Positions 1-12,458 of a DNA stretch of 41,297 nucleotides are shown here, in pieces. The notes under the pieces are model-generated. The model worked only from the letters and a program-made list of their open reading frames with translations. It did no database searches and was not told where the DNA came from. How positions within the stretch are numbered: the first letter of the stretch is position 1; each line of letters starts with the position of its first letter. The position numbers were made by a program, and so were the translations under genes. Origin of the DNA: Caulobacteraceae bacterium (GTDB lineage: Bacteria; Pseudomonadota; Alphaproteobacteria; Caulobacterales; Caulobacteraceae); NCBI GenBank assembly GCA_947456005.1, contig CANGRP010000001.1, positions 1-41,297 of the forward strand, read 5' to 3'.

Positions 1-29
1 CCCCCTGGCTGGTAATGAAGCCCAGGCGG

Positions 30-1238
30 TCAGCCTAGATGGGCCACCTCACCCGCCAGGCGACTGGCCAGGTCGCCCCGCGGCGCGACCGATACGCTCT
101 CGAGTCCCAGCCAGCCCGCCATGCGCTTCAGAGACCGGGCGAGGGCCTCCGGGGTCTGCCGGCCCGCGGCGGGCTCGGCATGGGCGGCCTGGACCAGGAG
201 CCTGCCGCCCTGCCTGTCGGCCTTCAGGTCCACCCGGGCGGTGATCGCCTCGCCCTCCAGGAAGGGCAGGACATAGTAGCCGTGCACCCTGCGGTGGGCG
301 GGGGTGTAGATCTCCAGCCGGATGCGCACGTCGAACAGGCGCTCGGCCCGGTCGCGGAACCAGATGAGGTTGTCGAAGGGGCTGAGGAGGGCCTCGGCCT
401 TGACCTTCCGGGGCGCCCCGGCGTCGGGCGACAGGTAGGCCTGCGCCCGCCAGCCCTCGACCCGAACGGGGGTCAGCTCCCCCAGTTCCACGAGTTCCGC
501 CACCCGCAGGCGGGCGTCGGCTGCGCTCAGGCGGAAATAGTCCCTGAGGTCCGCTTCTGTCGCCACGCCCTGCGCCTGGGCGGCGATGCGGACCAGCTCC
601 CGCTGGGCCTGGGCCCTGTCCGGTGTCGGCGCCGCCAGGAGCCCTGACGGGAGCACCTGGTCCGGCAGACCGTAGATGCGCTCGAAGGCGCCGCTGCGGG
701 TGGAGGTGGTCAGCCTTCCCGTCCAGAACAGGCACTCGAGGGCCCGCTTGCCCTCGCTCCAGCCCCACCAGCCGCCGGCGCCCTTCGCCCCAAGGCCCAG
801 TTCCGCGGCTGAGAGGGGCCCCCGGTCCCGGATCTCGCCAAGCACCCGGTCGATGAAGTCGCCGTGGCTCCGGAGGAAGGCCGCCACGCCGCGCCAGACC
901 CCCACGCCCTCGGCGGCGTCCTGCATCCGCCACCGCAGAAGGGGTTGGGTCTCGAGGGGCGCCAGCGAGGCCTCGTGCATCCAGTATTCGAAGAGGCCCC
1001 GGCGTCCGGCCCAGGCCAGGTCCTCCAGCGCCGTGCGTGGGTAGGGGCCAAGGCGGGAGAAGAGGGGCAGGTAGTGGGACCGGGCGAGGACATTGACCGA
1101 GTCCATCTGCAGGACGCCCAGCCGGCGCAGGGTCTGCAGGACCTCCCGGCGGCCCGGCGCCAGGGGCGGCGCGTGTCCGAACCCCTGCGCGCGAAGGGCC
1201 AGGCGGCGGGCCTCGGGGGCGGAGAGTTCGGTCTTCAC
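30..1238 (-). CDS. YcaQ/AlkZ-family winged-helix DNA glycosylase (interstrand cross-link repair)
   Basis: 402 aa; QMDSV (QxD catalytic motif), RSHY.PLFSRLG, FEYW.HEAS, LLSPFDNL, YGYY-like HGYYVLPFL; GTG start overlaps the ppk2 stop (GTGA). Confidence 0.85.
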   Translation of the reverse strand: MKTELSAPEARRLALRAQGFGHAPPLAPGRREVLQTLRRLGVLQMDSVNVLARSHYLPLFSRLGPYPRTALEDLAWAGRRGLFEYWMHEASLAPLETQPLLRWRMQDAAEGVGVWRGVAAFLRSHGDFIDRVLGEIRDRGPLSAAELGLGAKGAGGWWGWSEGKRALECLFWTGRLTTSTRSGAFERIYGLPDQVLPSGLLAAPTPDRAQAQRELVRIAAQAQGVATEADLRDYFRLSAADARLRVAELVELGELTPVRVEGWRAQAYLSPDAGAPRKVKAEALLSPFDNLIWFRDRAERLFDVRIRLEIYTPAHRRVHGYYVLPFLEGEAITARVDLKADRQGGRLLVQAAHAEPAAGRQTPEALARSLKRMAGWLGLESVSVAPRGDLASRLAGEVAHLG

Positions 1239-2008
1239 CGGGCCAGGCGGCCATCCGACAGGGCGCCGAGCTCGAAGGTGAAGAGGACGGCGGGATCGGG
1301 AGCCTCGACCGCCCCGGCGATCGATTCCGGCGCCAGGGTTCGGACAAGATGGCGCAGGATGGCCAGCCTCGCCGGCTTTTTCTGGTCCGACCGGACGCAG
1401 GTCCAGGGCGCCTCGTCTGAGTGGGTGCGCCGGAGCATGCCGTCCCGGGCGGCGGTGTAGTCGTCGAAGCGCGATTGCGCGGCCTCGTCCAGCGGGCTGG
1501 ACTTCAGGACCTTCAGGGGGTCGGTGCGGCGTTCCTCAAGGCGCTTCTTCTGTTCCTTCCGGCTGACGTCCAGCCAGAGCTTGACGAGCCTGACGCCGCT
1601 GTCGACCAGCATGCCCTCGAAGGCGGGGACCTCGCGAAGAAAGTGCTCGTGCTCGTCCTCCGTGCAGAAGCCCATGACCGGCTCGACTCCGCCCCGGTTG
1701 TACCAGGACCGGTTGAAGATCACGGTCTCACCGGCGGCGGGAAGCCATTGGACATAGCGCTGGAAGAACCACTGGCTGCGCTCCCGGTCCGAGGGCTTGG
1801 GCGGAGCGATGACCCGGGTCGCCCGGGTGGACAGGTGCTCGGTGATCCTCTGGATCGAGCCGTCCTTGCCCGCCGCGTCGCGTCCCTCGAAGATGATGAG
1901 GACCTTGTCGCCCTCGGCGATGGCGTGTTGCTGATAGCGGACCAGGGCCAGTTGCAGCCGCTGGAGGTCCTGTTCATAGGCTGCGCCGGTCGGGGTCTTT
2001 TCACTCAT
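1235..2008 (-). CDS. ppk2: Polyphosphate kinase 2 (single domain)
   Basis: Walker A FEGRDAAGKDG, WFFQRY, FNRSWYNR, lid region RRTDPLK. Confidence 0.93.
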   Translation of the reverse strand: MSEKTPTGAAYEQDLQRLQLALVRYQQHAIAEGDKVLIIFEGRDAAGKDGSIQRITEHLSTRATRVIAPPKPSDRERSQWFFQRYVQWLPAAGETVIFNRSWYNRGGVEPVMGFCTEDEHEHFLREVPAFEGMLVDSGVRLVKLWLDVSRKEQKKRLEERRTDPLKVLKSSPLDEAAQSRFDDYTAARDGMLRRTHSDEAPWTCVRSDQKKPARLAILRHLVRTLAPESIAGAVEAPDPAVLFTFELGALSDGRLAR

Positions 2009-2052
2009 CCGCGGAATCTAGGCGGGGGGCGGCTTCGGGTCTAGGAGGAAGC

Positions 2053-2775
2053 ATGATCCGCCTCTACGTCGACGTCGACCTCGCCGAGGGCCGGGAGATC
2101 GCCCTCCCGGATGTCCAGGCCCGCTACCTGGTCCAGGTCATGCGGCGCGGGCCGGGGGACGAGGTCCTGGTCTTCAACGGTCGCGACGGGGAATGGGCCG
2201 CCGCCGTCGCCGCGACAGGCCGGCGCGAGACCCGGCTGAGGGTCCTCAACAGGATCCGGATCCAGCCCCCCCGTGAGGACCTGGTCCTCGTCATGGCGCT
2301 GGTGAAGCGGACGCCGCTGGAGACCGTGATCGCCAAGTCCGTTGAACTGGGGGTCGGTGAGATCCGCCTGGTCACCACCGAAAGGACCAATGCGGACCAT
2401 GCCCGGATCGACCGCCTGGAGGCCATCGCGGCAGAGGCCGCCGAGCAGACCGGGCGGCTTGATGTCCCGACGGTTCATGCACCGGAACCTATGTCCCGGG
2501 CGCTGGACGGACGACCGGGCGGAGGACGGCTGATCTTCTGCGACGAGGCCGGTGACGCGCCGCCCCTTTTGGAGGCCCTCGGCGGCCAGCCCCCTGGCCC
2601 ACTGGCCGTGCTCATTGGTCCGGAGGGCGGATTCTCGACCTCCGAGAGGGCGGGCCTGATATCGCGAAGCGGCGTCATCGCCGTGTCGCTTGGCCCCCGT
2701 ATTCTGAGGGCGGATACGGCGGCCCTGTCCGCCCTGACCCTGGTCCAGGCGGCGATCGGGGACTGGCGGACCTGA
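2053..2775 (+). CDS. rsmE: 16S rRNA m3U1498 methyltransferase
   Basis: K.VELGV, EAAEQTGR, IGPEGGF, LGPRILRADTA SPOUT motifs; RBS AGGAGG. Confidence 0.95.
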   Translation: MIRLYVDVDLAEGREIALPDVQARYLVQVMRRGPGDEVLVFNGRDGEWAAAVAATGRRETRLRVLNRIRIQPPREDLVLVMALVKRTPLETVIAKSVELGVGEIRLVTTERTNADHARIDRLEAIAAEAAEQTGRLDVPTVHAPEPMSRALDGRPGGGRLIFCDEAGDAPPLLEALGGQPPGPLAVLIGPEGGFSTSERAGLISRSGVIAVSLGPRILRADTAALSALTLVQAAIGDWRT

Positions 2776-2886
2776 TTTCCTGAACGCAGTCGAGAAATCC
2801 TGATTTGCGCGCAGGCGACTTAACGGCGTAAAGATCGCCCCCCGCCGGATCGCGGGGCCGGGAAGGGAACCTACGGGAAGAGGGGC

Positions 2887-4245
2887 ATGGCCGATTCCAA
2901 GGTCGACGATCGACCGCTGGATTTCTCCGACATCGTCGGTTGGCTGCAGGCGGGCGAGACGCCCCCTGCCGACTGGCGCGTGGGTGCTGAGCACGAGAAA
3001 TTCGTCTTCCGGACGGCGGATCACGCCGCTGTCCCGTATTTGGGCGAGACGGGCATCCTCGCCCTCATGGAGGGCCTGAAGGCCTTCGGCTGGTCCGGCG
3101 TCTTCGAAGGGGAGACCCTCATCGGCCTGGAGCGTGGCAGGGCCAATGTGAGCCTGGAGCCCGGCGGGCAGTTCGAGCTGTCCGGCGCGCCCCTCGCTGA
3201 CATGCATGAGATCGCTGCAGAGACGGCGGGCCACCTCGATGAGGTCCGCGCCGTGGGCGAACGTCTCGGCCTGGGGTTCCTGGGGCTCGGCTTCACCCCG
3301 GAGTGGACGCGCGAGCAGGTTCCCGTCATGCCCAAGGGGCGCTATCGCATCATGCGCGCCTACATGCCCAAGGTCGGCGGCCTTGGCCTGGACATGATGT
3401 TTCGCACCTGCACGGTGCAGGCCAATCTCGACTTCGCCAACGAAGACGACATGCGGCTGAAGTTCCGCACCAGCCTGGCCCTGCAGCCGGTGGTCACCGC
3501 CCTCTTCGCGAACTCGCCGTTTGTTGAAGGCCGGCCTTCGGGCTTCCTCACCGCACGGGCCAATGTCTGGACCGACACGGATCCCGACCGGACCGGCATG
3601 CTGGGCTTTGTCTTCGACAAGGGCTTCGGCTACGAGGCCTATGCGAACTATCTCCTTGATGTTCCGATGTATTTCGCCAAGCGGAATGGCGCCTATGTGG
3701 ATCTCTCGGGGCGTTCCTTCCGGCAGTTCATGACCCAGGGGTTCGATGATCTTCCTGGCGACCGGCCGAACCTGAAGGATTTCGCCGATCACGCCACGAC
3801 CGCCTTTCCGGAGGTCCGGCTCAAGCAATATCTGGAAATGCGCGGGGCGGACGCCGGTCCGCAGCCCATGCTGGACGCCCTGCCGTCGCTCTGGACTGGC
3901 CTGCTTTACGACTCCGCCGCCCTGGCGGCCGCCTGGGACCTCTGCCGCGACTGGCCACTGGAGTCGCACGAGCGCCTGCGGGCCGATGTCACCCGCCTGG
4001 GCCTGAAGGCGAGCATCGGCTCCCGGACCGTTCAGGACGTGGCCCGGGACCTGGTGGCGATCGCCGCCGGCGGTCTCCGCCGGCGGGCCCGCCTCGACGC
4101 TTCGGGTGCGGACGAGAGCCGCTATCTGCAGCCCCTGGCCGAGATCGCCGAGAGTGGCCAGACCCGCGCCGACCGGTTGCTGGACCGTTTCCATGGCGTC
4201 TGGGGCGGCCGGGTCGATCCCGTCTGGCGGGAACTGGCTTTCTGA
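2887..4245 (+). CDS. gshA: Glutamate--cysteine ligase (alphaproteobacterial/plant type)
   Basis: GAEHEKF, SLEPGGQFELSG, MPKGRY, TCTVQANLD, FPEVRLKQYLEMRGAD. Confidence 0.95.
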   Translation: MADSKVDDRPLDFSDIVGWLQAGETPPADWRVGAEHEKFVFRTADHAAVPYLGETGILALMEGLKAFGWSGVFEGETLIGLERGRANVSLEPGGQFELSGAPLADMHEIAAETAGHLDEVRAVGERLGLGFLGLGFTPEWTREQVPVMPKGRYRIMRAYMPKVGGLGLDMMFRTCTVQANLDFANEDDMRLKFRTSLALQPVVTALFANSPFVEGRPSGFLTARANVWTDTDPDRTGMLGFVFDKGFGYEAYANYLLDVPMYFAKRNGAYVDLSGRSFRQFMTQGFDDLPGDRPNLKDFADHATTAFPEVRLKQYLEMRGADAGPQPMLDALPSLWTGLLYDSAALAAAWDLCRDWPLESHERLRADVTRLGLKASIGSRTVQDVARDLVAIAAGGLRRRARLDASGADESRYLQPLAEIAESGQTRADRLLDRFHGVWGGRVDPVWRELAF

Positions 4246-4349
4246 GCCCTTCCGCCCGCTTGCTTGCCTCAACCGGCGGCGCATGATCTGTTTGGGTCTC
4301 AGACTCTCCGCGGGTGCGTTGCGCCCGCCCCGCGACGGAATCCCCTGAG

Positions 4350-6236
4350 ATGAACATCGTCATTCTGCTTGGTTTGCTCGTCACCCTGGCCACCGGCATA
4401 CCCGTCCTTCGCCAGCTTCTGCGTGAGCATCCCCGCGGACTGCTTGTCCTGTTCTTCGCCGAGATGTGGGAGCGTTTCTCCTACTACGGGATGCGCGGCA
4501 TTCTGATCTTCTACCTGACCCAACACCTCATGTTCGACAGGAGCGAGGCCAGCGCCCTCTACGCCTCCTACACCGCCTTGGTGTACCTCCTGCCTCTCCT
4601 GGGCGGTTTCATCGCAGACCGCTGGCTGGGCTCCCGCAAGGCGGTTGCCTTCGGCGCCCTGCTGCTTGTGGCCGGCCACATCTCGATGGGCTTTGAGGGA
4701 CGGCCGTCTCAGCAGGACCTGATTTACGGCGGGAACGTCTACCCCATCGTTTCTGAAGGCCGGATGGACGACCGGGTGGCGTTCATCCTGGTGGAGGGCA
4801 AGAAGTATGAGTTCGGAGCCCGGGAGGGCGGCGGGATCGAAATCCCCGGAGCGCCGATCGCCTCCGGGCTCCCGACGTCGATTCCGGAGGGCGACTACGA
4901 GGTCCGCACCCTGATCAACAATGGCTCGGCGAGCATGTTCTACTTCGCCGTATCGCTGATCATCCTCGGCGTCGGCTTCCTCAAGCCGAACATTTCGGCC
5001 GTGGTGGGCGAACTCTACGCGCAGGGTGACCCTCGGCGGGATTCCGGCTTCACCCTCTACTATTACGGCATCAATCTCGGGGCCTTCTGGGCCGCCATCC
5101 TCTGCGGCCTGCTTGGCCAGCACTTCGGCTGGTGGGCGGGCTTCGGGCTCGCCGGGGTCGGCATGTTCCTGGGCTGGATCGTCTTCGTTCTGGGCAAGCC
5201 GTTGCTGGAAGGCAAGGGTGAGCCCCCCAATCCGCGCATGCTTCGGGAGCCCTTCGCCGGCTTCATCAGCCGCGAGTGGATGACCTACATCATGTCCATC
5301 CTAGCCATCGGCGTCGTCTTCCTGACGGTCCAGAACAGCCGGCTCGTGGGCGCCGCCCTTGTCGCGGCCATCGTGCTTTCGCTGCTGGCGCTGGCATGGA
5401 TCATCCTGCGGGTCTGCCAGACCCGGGTGGAGCGCCAGCGAATGGGGCTGGCCGTGATCCTGATCCTGGGGTCCGTCATCTTCTTCACCCTCTTCGAGCA
5501 GGCCGGCTCGTCCCTCAACCTCTTCGCCTCGACCAATGTCGACCTGTCGCTGACCCAGGAGGCCGGGCGATTCCTTGGCATTCCGTATGGCACCCCTGAG
5601 CAGCTCGCCGCCGCCGGGGTCCAGCCCTCGGCCTGGTGGAGCTGGATCGACACCTCGGTGGGCGCGGCGCAGACCCAGTCGTTCAACGCGGGCTTCATCC
5701 TGATCTTCGCACCGCTCCTCGCCGCCCTCTGGACCTGGTTGGGCCAGAGAGGGAAGGATCCGAACCCGACCCTGAAATTCGGCCTGGGACTGATCCAGGT
5801 GGGGCTGGGTTTCCTGATCGTGGTCTGGGGTGCGGGACTCCACGACAGCGCCTTCCGCGTACCCCTGGTTCTCCTGGGACTGCTCTACCTGCTCCATACA
5901 CTGGGCGAGCTCTTCCTCTCTCCGGTGGGCCTGTCCGAGATTACCAAGCTGACCCTGCCCGGCGTCGTCTCCTTCATGATGGCGGTCTGGTTCCTCGCCT
6001 CATCGATCGCCCAGTACGTGGGCGGCTGGATCGCCGGTTTCCTGGTGACCGAGTCCGTGGGCGGGGAGGTGCTGGACCCGGAGCTCGCGCTCAATACGGC
6101 GATCAGCGGGTTCCGAACCCTGGGGTGGGGCGGGGTGGTCTGTGGCGTCGCCTTCATCGCGATCAGCTTCGTCGTCCGAAACTGGGCGCATGCGGACAAG
6201 CCGGTCCGGGCGGAGCCTCCGGCCCAGGCCTCCTGA
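4350..6236 (+). CDS. POT/PTR-family proton-dependent oligopeptide MFS transporter
   Basis: EMWERFSYYGMR (ExxERFxYY), G.GFLKPNIS, FTLYYYGINLG, GELFLSPVGLS; start taken at ATG 4350. Confidence 0.92.
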   Translation: MNIVILLGLLVTLATGIPVLRQLLREHPRGLLVLFFAEMWERFSYYGMRGILIFYLTQHLMFDRSEASALYASYTALVYLLPLLGGFIADRWLGSRKAVAFGALLLVAGHISMGFEGRPSQQDLIYGGNVYPIVSEGRMDDRVAFILVEGKKYEFGAREGGGIEIPGAPIASGLPTSIPEGDYEVRTLINNGSASMFYFAVSLIILGVGFLKPNISAVVGELYAQGDPRRDSGFTLYYYGINLGAFWAAILCGLLGQHFGWWAGFGLAGVGMFLGWIVFVLGKPLLEGKGEPPNPRMLREPFAGFISREWMTYIMSILAIGVVFLTVQNSRLVGAALVAAIVLSLLALAWIILRVCQTRVERQRMGLAVILILGSVIFFTLFEQAGSSLNLFASTNVDLSLTQEAGRFLGIPYGTPEQLAAAGVQPSAWWSWIDTSVGAAQTQSFNAGFILIFAPLLAALWTWLGQRGKDPNPTLKFGLGLIQVGLGFLIVVWGAGLHDSAFRVPLVLLGLLYLLHTLGELFLSPVGLSEITKLTLPGVVSFMMAVWFLASSIAQYVGGWIAGFLVTESVGGEVLDPELALNTAISGFRTLGWGGVVCGVAFIAISFVVRNWAHADKPVRAEPPAQAS

Positions 6237-6265
6237 ATCGGGCGTCCGGCGGCGGTCGTCGGGGT

Positions 6266-7696
6266 TCAGCCCCCGGCGCCGCCTACCGTCAGGCCGGTGA
6301 TCTTCAGTGAGGGCTGGCCCACGCCAACCGGCACCGACTGGCCGGACTTGCCGCAGACCCCGACGCCGGGGTCGAAGTCGAAGTCGTCGCCGATCATGGT
6401 CACCCGGGTCAGGGCGGTGGGGCCGTCGCCGATCAGGGTGGCGCCCTTGACCGGACGGGTGATGCGGCCGTCCTCGATCAGGTAGGCCTCTGTGCACTGG
6501 AAGACGAACTTCCCGTTGGTGATGTCGACCTGGCCGCCGCCGAAGTTGGCGCAGTAGAGGCCGCGCCGGGTCGAGGCGATCATCTCCTCGCGGGGGGTCG
6601 AGCCCCCCTCCATGGCGGTGTTGGTCATCCGGGGCATGGGAATGTGGGCGTAGGACTGTCGCCGGCCGTTCCCCGTGGCGGCCAGGCCCATCAGCCGGGC
6701 GCTCATCCGGTCGTGCATGTAGCCCACCAGGATCCCGTCCTCGATCAGCACCGTCCGGCTGGTGGGCGTGCCCTCGTCATCCACGGTCAGCGAGCCGCGG
6801 CGGCCGGGCAGGGCGCCGTCGTCGTAGACCGTCACCCCGCGGGCGGCGACCTGCTCGCCGATGCGTCCGGAGAAGGCCGAGGAGCCCTTGCGGTTGAAGT
6901 CGCCCTCCAGGCCATGGCCCACCGCCTCGTGGAGGAGGACCCCGTTCCAGCCGGGACCGAGCACGACGTCCATCTCGCCGGCCGGGCAGGGGCCCGCCTC
7001 CAGGTTGACCAGGGCCTGGCGAAGGGCCTCCTCCGCCTGGGCCCGCCAGCGGTCCGGGGCGATCCAGGCCTCGAAGCCCGCCCGCCCGCCGGCGCCGGCG
7101 AATCCGGTCTCGCGCCGGCCATCGCGCTCGACGGTGATCTGCACGTTGATCCGGGCCAGGGGGCGAACGTCGCGGATGAGCCGGCCGTCGGCGCGCAGGA
7201 TCTCGACCGTCCGCTGCTCTCCGCCGAGGGAGGCCATGACCTGCACCACCCGGGGATCCCGCTCCCGGCACCAGGCGTCGATCTCCTGGAGCAGGGCGAC
7301 CTTGGCCTCGAATCCCGGGGACTCGGTGGGGTCGACCTCATCGTAGAGGCGGGTGTTGGTGGGACGGGGCCCCTCGTCGGCCTGGCCGGAATAGCCGCGG
7401 CGGGCCAGGGCGGCGGAACCGGCGGCGCGTTTCATTGCGGCCTCGGACACCTCGCTGGAGTGGGCGTAGCCCGCCGACTCGCCCGCCACGACCCGGAGGC
7501 CAAAGCCGTCGGAGGTGTCGAAGGCGGCGGACTTTAGCCGGCCGTCATCGAACAGGAAGGACTCGCTCCGCGATCGCTCCAGGAAGATCTCGCCGTCATC
7601 GGCGTCTCCGATCGCCTCGGAAAGCACCCTCCGCGCCGTTTCGGGCGCCAGGCCATGGGTCTCGAGGAGGGAGGCGGATTCGGGGGTGCGGGACAT
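6266..7696 (-). CDS. tldD: Metalloprotease TldD
   Basis: HEAVGHGLEGDFNRKG, DDEG, GNGRRQSY, PRMTNT, GVCGKSGQ.VPVGVGQP; start at ATG 7696 is uncertain. Confidence 0.95.
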   Translation of the reverse strand: MSRTPESASLLETHGLAPETARRVLSEAIGDADDGEIFLERSRSESFLFDDGRLKSAAFDTSDGFGLRVVAGESAGYAHSSEVSEAAMKRAAGSAALARRGYSGQADEGPRPTNTRLYDEVDPTESPGFEAKVALLQEIDAWCRERDPRVVQVMASLGGEQRTVEILRADGRLIRDVRPLARINVQITVERDGRRETGFAGAGGRAGFEAWIAPDRWRAQAEEALRQALVNLEAGPCPAGEMDVVLGPGWNGVLLHEAVGHGLEGDFNRKGSSAFSGRIGEQVAARGVTVYDDGALPGRRGSLTVDDEGTPTSRTVLIEDGILVGYMHDRMSARLMGLAATGNGRRQSYAHIPMPRMTNTAMEGGSTPREEMIASTRRGLYCANFGGGQVDITNGKFVFQCTEAYLIEDGRITRPVKGATLIGDGPTALTRVTMIGDDFDFDPGVGVCGKSGQSVPVGVGQPSLKITGLTVGGAGG

Positions 7697-7924
7697 GCGG
7701 AACTCCGTCTGGGATCGTTGTGTCACAGATAGGGCCTGCAGGCCCTTGCGTCACCCTGCGAGGGGCTTCCGAAAGGCGTTGGGAGCGCTTGGCAAGTCCG
7801 GCGCGAGCGCGTATGGACGCCTTCGAGGGACCCGCTTTCGGCTAGCCGGCGGTGCGGTCCACGAAGACATCGGCGGGGCCGCCCTCCCGGGTCGGACCCG
7901 CCCGTAAGCAATGACCGAGGGGAC

Positions 7925-10547
<2,623 letters not shown>

Positions 10548-10590
10548 TCGCGCCGGCCTGGTTCAACAGGTCGGACTGAATAACCAAATG

Positions 10591-10625
10591 GGGGGCGCGG
10601 GCCGGTCTGATCCGGTGCGCGCCCC
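10591..10625 (+). terminator. GC-rich stem-loop between coxA and the heme O synthase gene
   Basis: GGGGCGCG-GGCCGG ... CCGGT-GCGCGCCCC inverted repeat; weak U-tract. Confidence 0.45.
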
Positions 10626-10650
10626 TCTCCGTGTCAGGTAACCAGGTCAG

Positions 10651-11628
10651 ATGACCCCGCCCGCTGTCGTTCAAGCCTCATCGCCCGCCCGCTGGCAGGA
10701 CTTTGTCCAGCTGCTCAAGCCCCGGGTCATGTCCCTGGTGGTCTTTACCGCAGCGACCGGGCTGATCTGCGCCCAGGCGCCGATACACCCCGTCATGGGG
10801 GCGATCGCGATCCTCTGTATCGCGGTGGGCGCCGGCGCCTCGGCTTCGCTGAACATGTGGTATGACGCCGATATCGACGCCCGGATGCGCCGCACCCGCG
10901 GCCGGCCGGTCCCGGCGGGCCGGGTCCAGCCCGCGGACGCCCTTGCACTCGGGGTCGTCCTCTCCCTGTTCTCCGTCATGCTTCTGGGTCTGGCCCTGAA
11001 CTGGCTGGCCGCCGGCCTTCTGGCCTTTACCATCTTCTTCTACGCCGTCGTCTACACCATGTGGCTGAAGCGCTGGACGGCGCAGAACATCGTGATCGGC
11101 GGCCTTGCAGGCGCCCTCCCGCCAGTGATCGGCTGGGCCGCCGCCGCGGGCCAGGCGCCGCTGGACGCCTGGATCCTGTGCGCCATCATCTTCATGTGGA
11201 CGCCGCCCCACTTCTGGGCCCTGTCCCTCTACACCAGCGAGGACTACGCCGCCGCCGGGGTGCCCATGCTGCCGGTCACGGCGGGCGCCGCCGTCACCCG
11301 GCGTCAGATCTGGATCTATAGCCTGCTTCTCATCCCGGTGTGCCTGGCGCCAGCCGCCACCGGACTGGGAGGCGCCGCCTACCTGGCGGTGGCCGCCCTG
11401 GGCGGGGCCGTCTTCCTGTTGCTCGCCTGGCGGGTCCGTTCGGGCCGAGCCGGAGACGCCGCCGATCCCCGGGTGACCGACGGACTCTATGACGTGAAGG
11501 CTGCGGCGCGGGACGCCCGCAACCTCTTCGCCTATTCCATCCTCTACCTGACCCTTCTCTTCGCCACGCTCCTGGGAGAACACCTGCTGGGCAGCGCGGC
11601 CCCCGGACTTCCAGGAGGTCTGACATGA
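10651..11628 (+). CDS. cyoE: Protoheme IX farnesyltransferase (heme O synthase)
   Basis: [43 protein letters not shown]. Confidence 0.95.
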   Translation: MTPPAVVQASSPARWQDFVQLLKPRVMSLVVFTAATGLICAQAPIHPVMGAIAILCIAVGAGASASLNMWYDADIDARMRRTRGRPVPAGRVQPADALALGVVLSLFSVMLLGLALNWLAAGLLAFTIFFYAVVYTMWLKRWTAQNIVIGGLAGALPPVIGWAAAAGQAPLDAWILCAIIFMWTPPHFWALSLYTSEDYAAAGVPMLPVTAGAAVTRRQIWIYSLLLIPVCLAPAATGLGGAAYLAVAALGGAVFLLLAWRVRSGRAGDAADPRVTDGLYDVKAAARDARNLFAYSILYLTLLFATLLGEHLLGSAAPGLPGGLT

Positions 11629-11801
11629 CAGAGCCTGACGTCGAAACGACGCCGCTGGCGTCACCCGAGAACGCCGCCGCCGCCAGGGCCCGGCGTGGAA
11701 GGAACCTCGCCATCGCCCTGGGGTTGGTCGGGTTCGTAGTGCTTGTCTACCTCGTGACAGTCTTCAGGATGGGTGGAAATGTCCTCGATCGACCCCTTTG
11801 A
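11625..11801 (+). CDS. Small single-TM cox operon protein (CoxF-like), 58 aa; not in ORF track
   Basis: Hand translation [58 protein letters not shown]; ATGA overlap with cyoE, RBS AGGAGG; RRxRN+TM pattern typical of the gene between cyoE and ctaG. Confidence 0.8.
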   Translation: MTEPDVETTPLASPENAAAARARRGRNLAIALGLVGFVVLVYLVTVFRMGGNVLDRPL

Positions 11802-12384
11802 TGTCTCCCGCCGTAACGCCCGGGTGGCCGCCTGGTGCGCTGCGGGCTTCGTGGCCATGATTGGCGCAGCCTACGCTTCGGTGCCGCTATACTGGGCCTT
11901 CTGCCAGCTGACCGGCTTCGACGGTACGCCCCGGCGGGCCGAGCAGGCGTCTGCGACAACTCTGGAACGGAGTCTGGTCGTTCGCTTCGACGCCAATGTC
12001 CGGGAACTTCCCTGGAGCTTCCGGGCGCAGCAGACTTCCCAGACCCTCCGGATCGGCCAGACCGGCCTCGCCTACTTCACAGTGACCAACAACAGTGACC
12101 AGCCGGTAACCGGCCACGCGGTCTATAACGTCACCCCCCAACTCGCGGGCGCCTATTTCCAGAAGCTTGAGTGCTTCTGCTTCTCGAACCAGACCATCCC
12201 CGCGGGCAAGACGATCGAGTTTCCGGTGGTCTACTTCGTCGATCCGAAGTTCGCAGAGGACTTCGACACACGGGGCAAGTCGGAGGTGACCCTATCGTAC
12301 ACCTTCTTCCCGGCGCAGGATGCGGCGCCCAAGGCCGCGCAGGCGCCATCCGCCCTTGGCGGAACGCTGAAAGCAGGGCTATAG
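11779..12384 (+). CDS. ctaG: Cytochrome c oxidase assembly protein CtaG/Cox11
   Basis: YASVPLY..FC..TGFDGT, YF.KLECFCF Cu motif, TLSYTFF. Confidence 0.95.
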   Translation: MSSIDPFDVSRRNARVAAWCAAGFVAMIGAAYASVPLYWAFCQLTGFDGTPRRAEQASATTLERSLVVRFDANVRELPWSFRAQQTSQTLRIGQTGLAYFTVTNNSDQPVTGHAVYNVTPQLAGAYFQKLECFCFSNQTIPAGKTIEFPVVYFVDPKFAEDFDTRGKSEVTLSYTFFPAQDAAPKAAQAPSALGGTLKAGL

Positions 12385-12458
12385 GGACACAACCAAACGA
12401 GCCTGCCGGGTCTGCGACTCACCGGGCGGGCTGAGGCAGTAAGAGGAACAGGGGCGCA

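Noticed and set aside
2820-2834. CtrA site upstream of gshA
   Set aside because: Only a TTAAC half-site; the second TTAA is absent
2041-4284. 747-aa minus-strand ORF
   Set aside because: Antisense shadow of rsmE/gshA in high-GC DNA; no recognisable motifs
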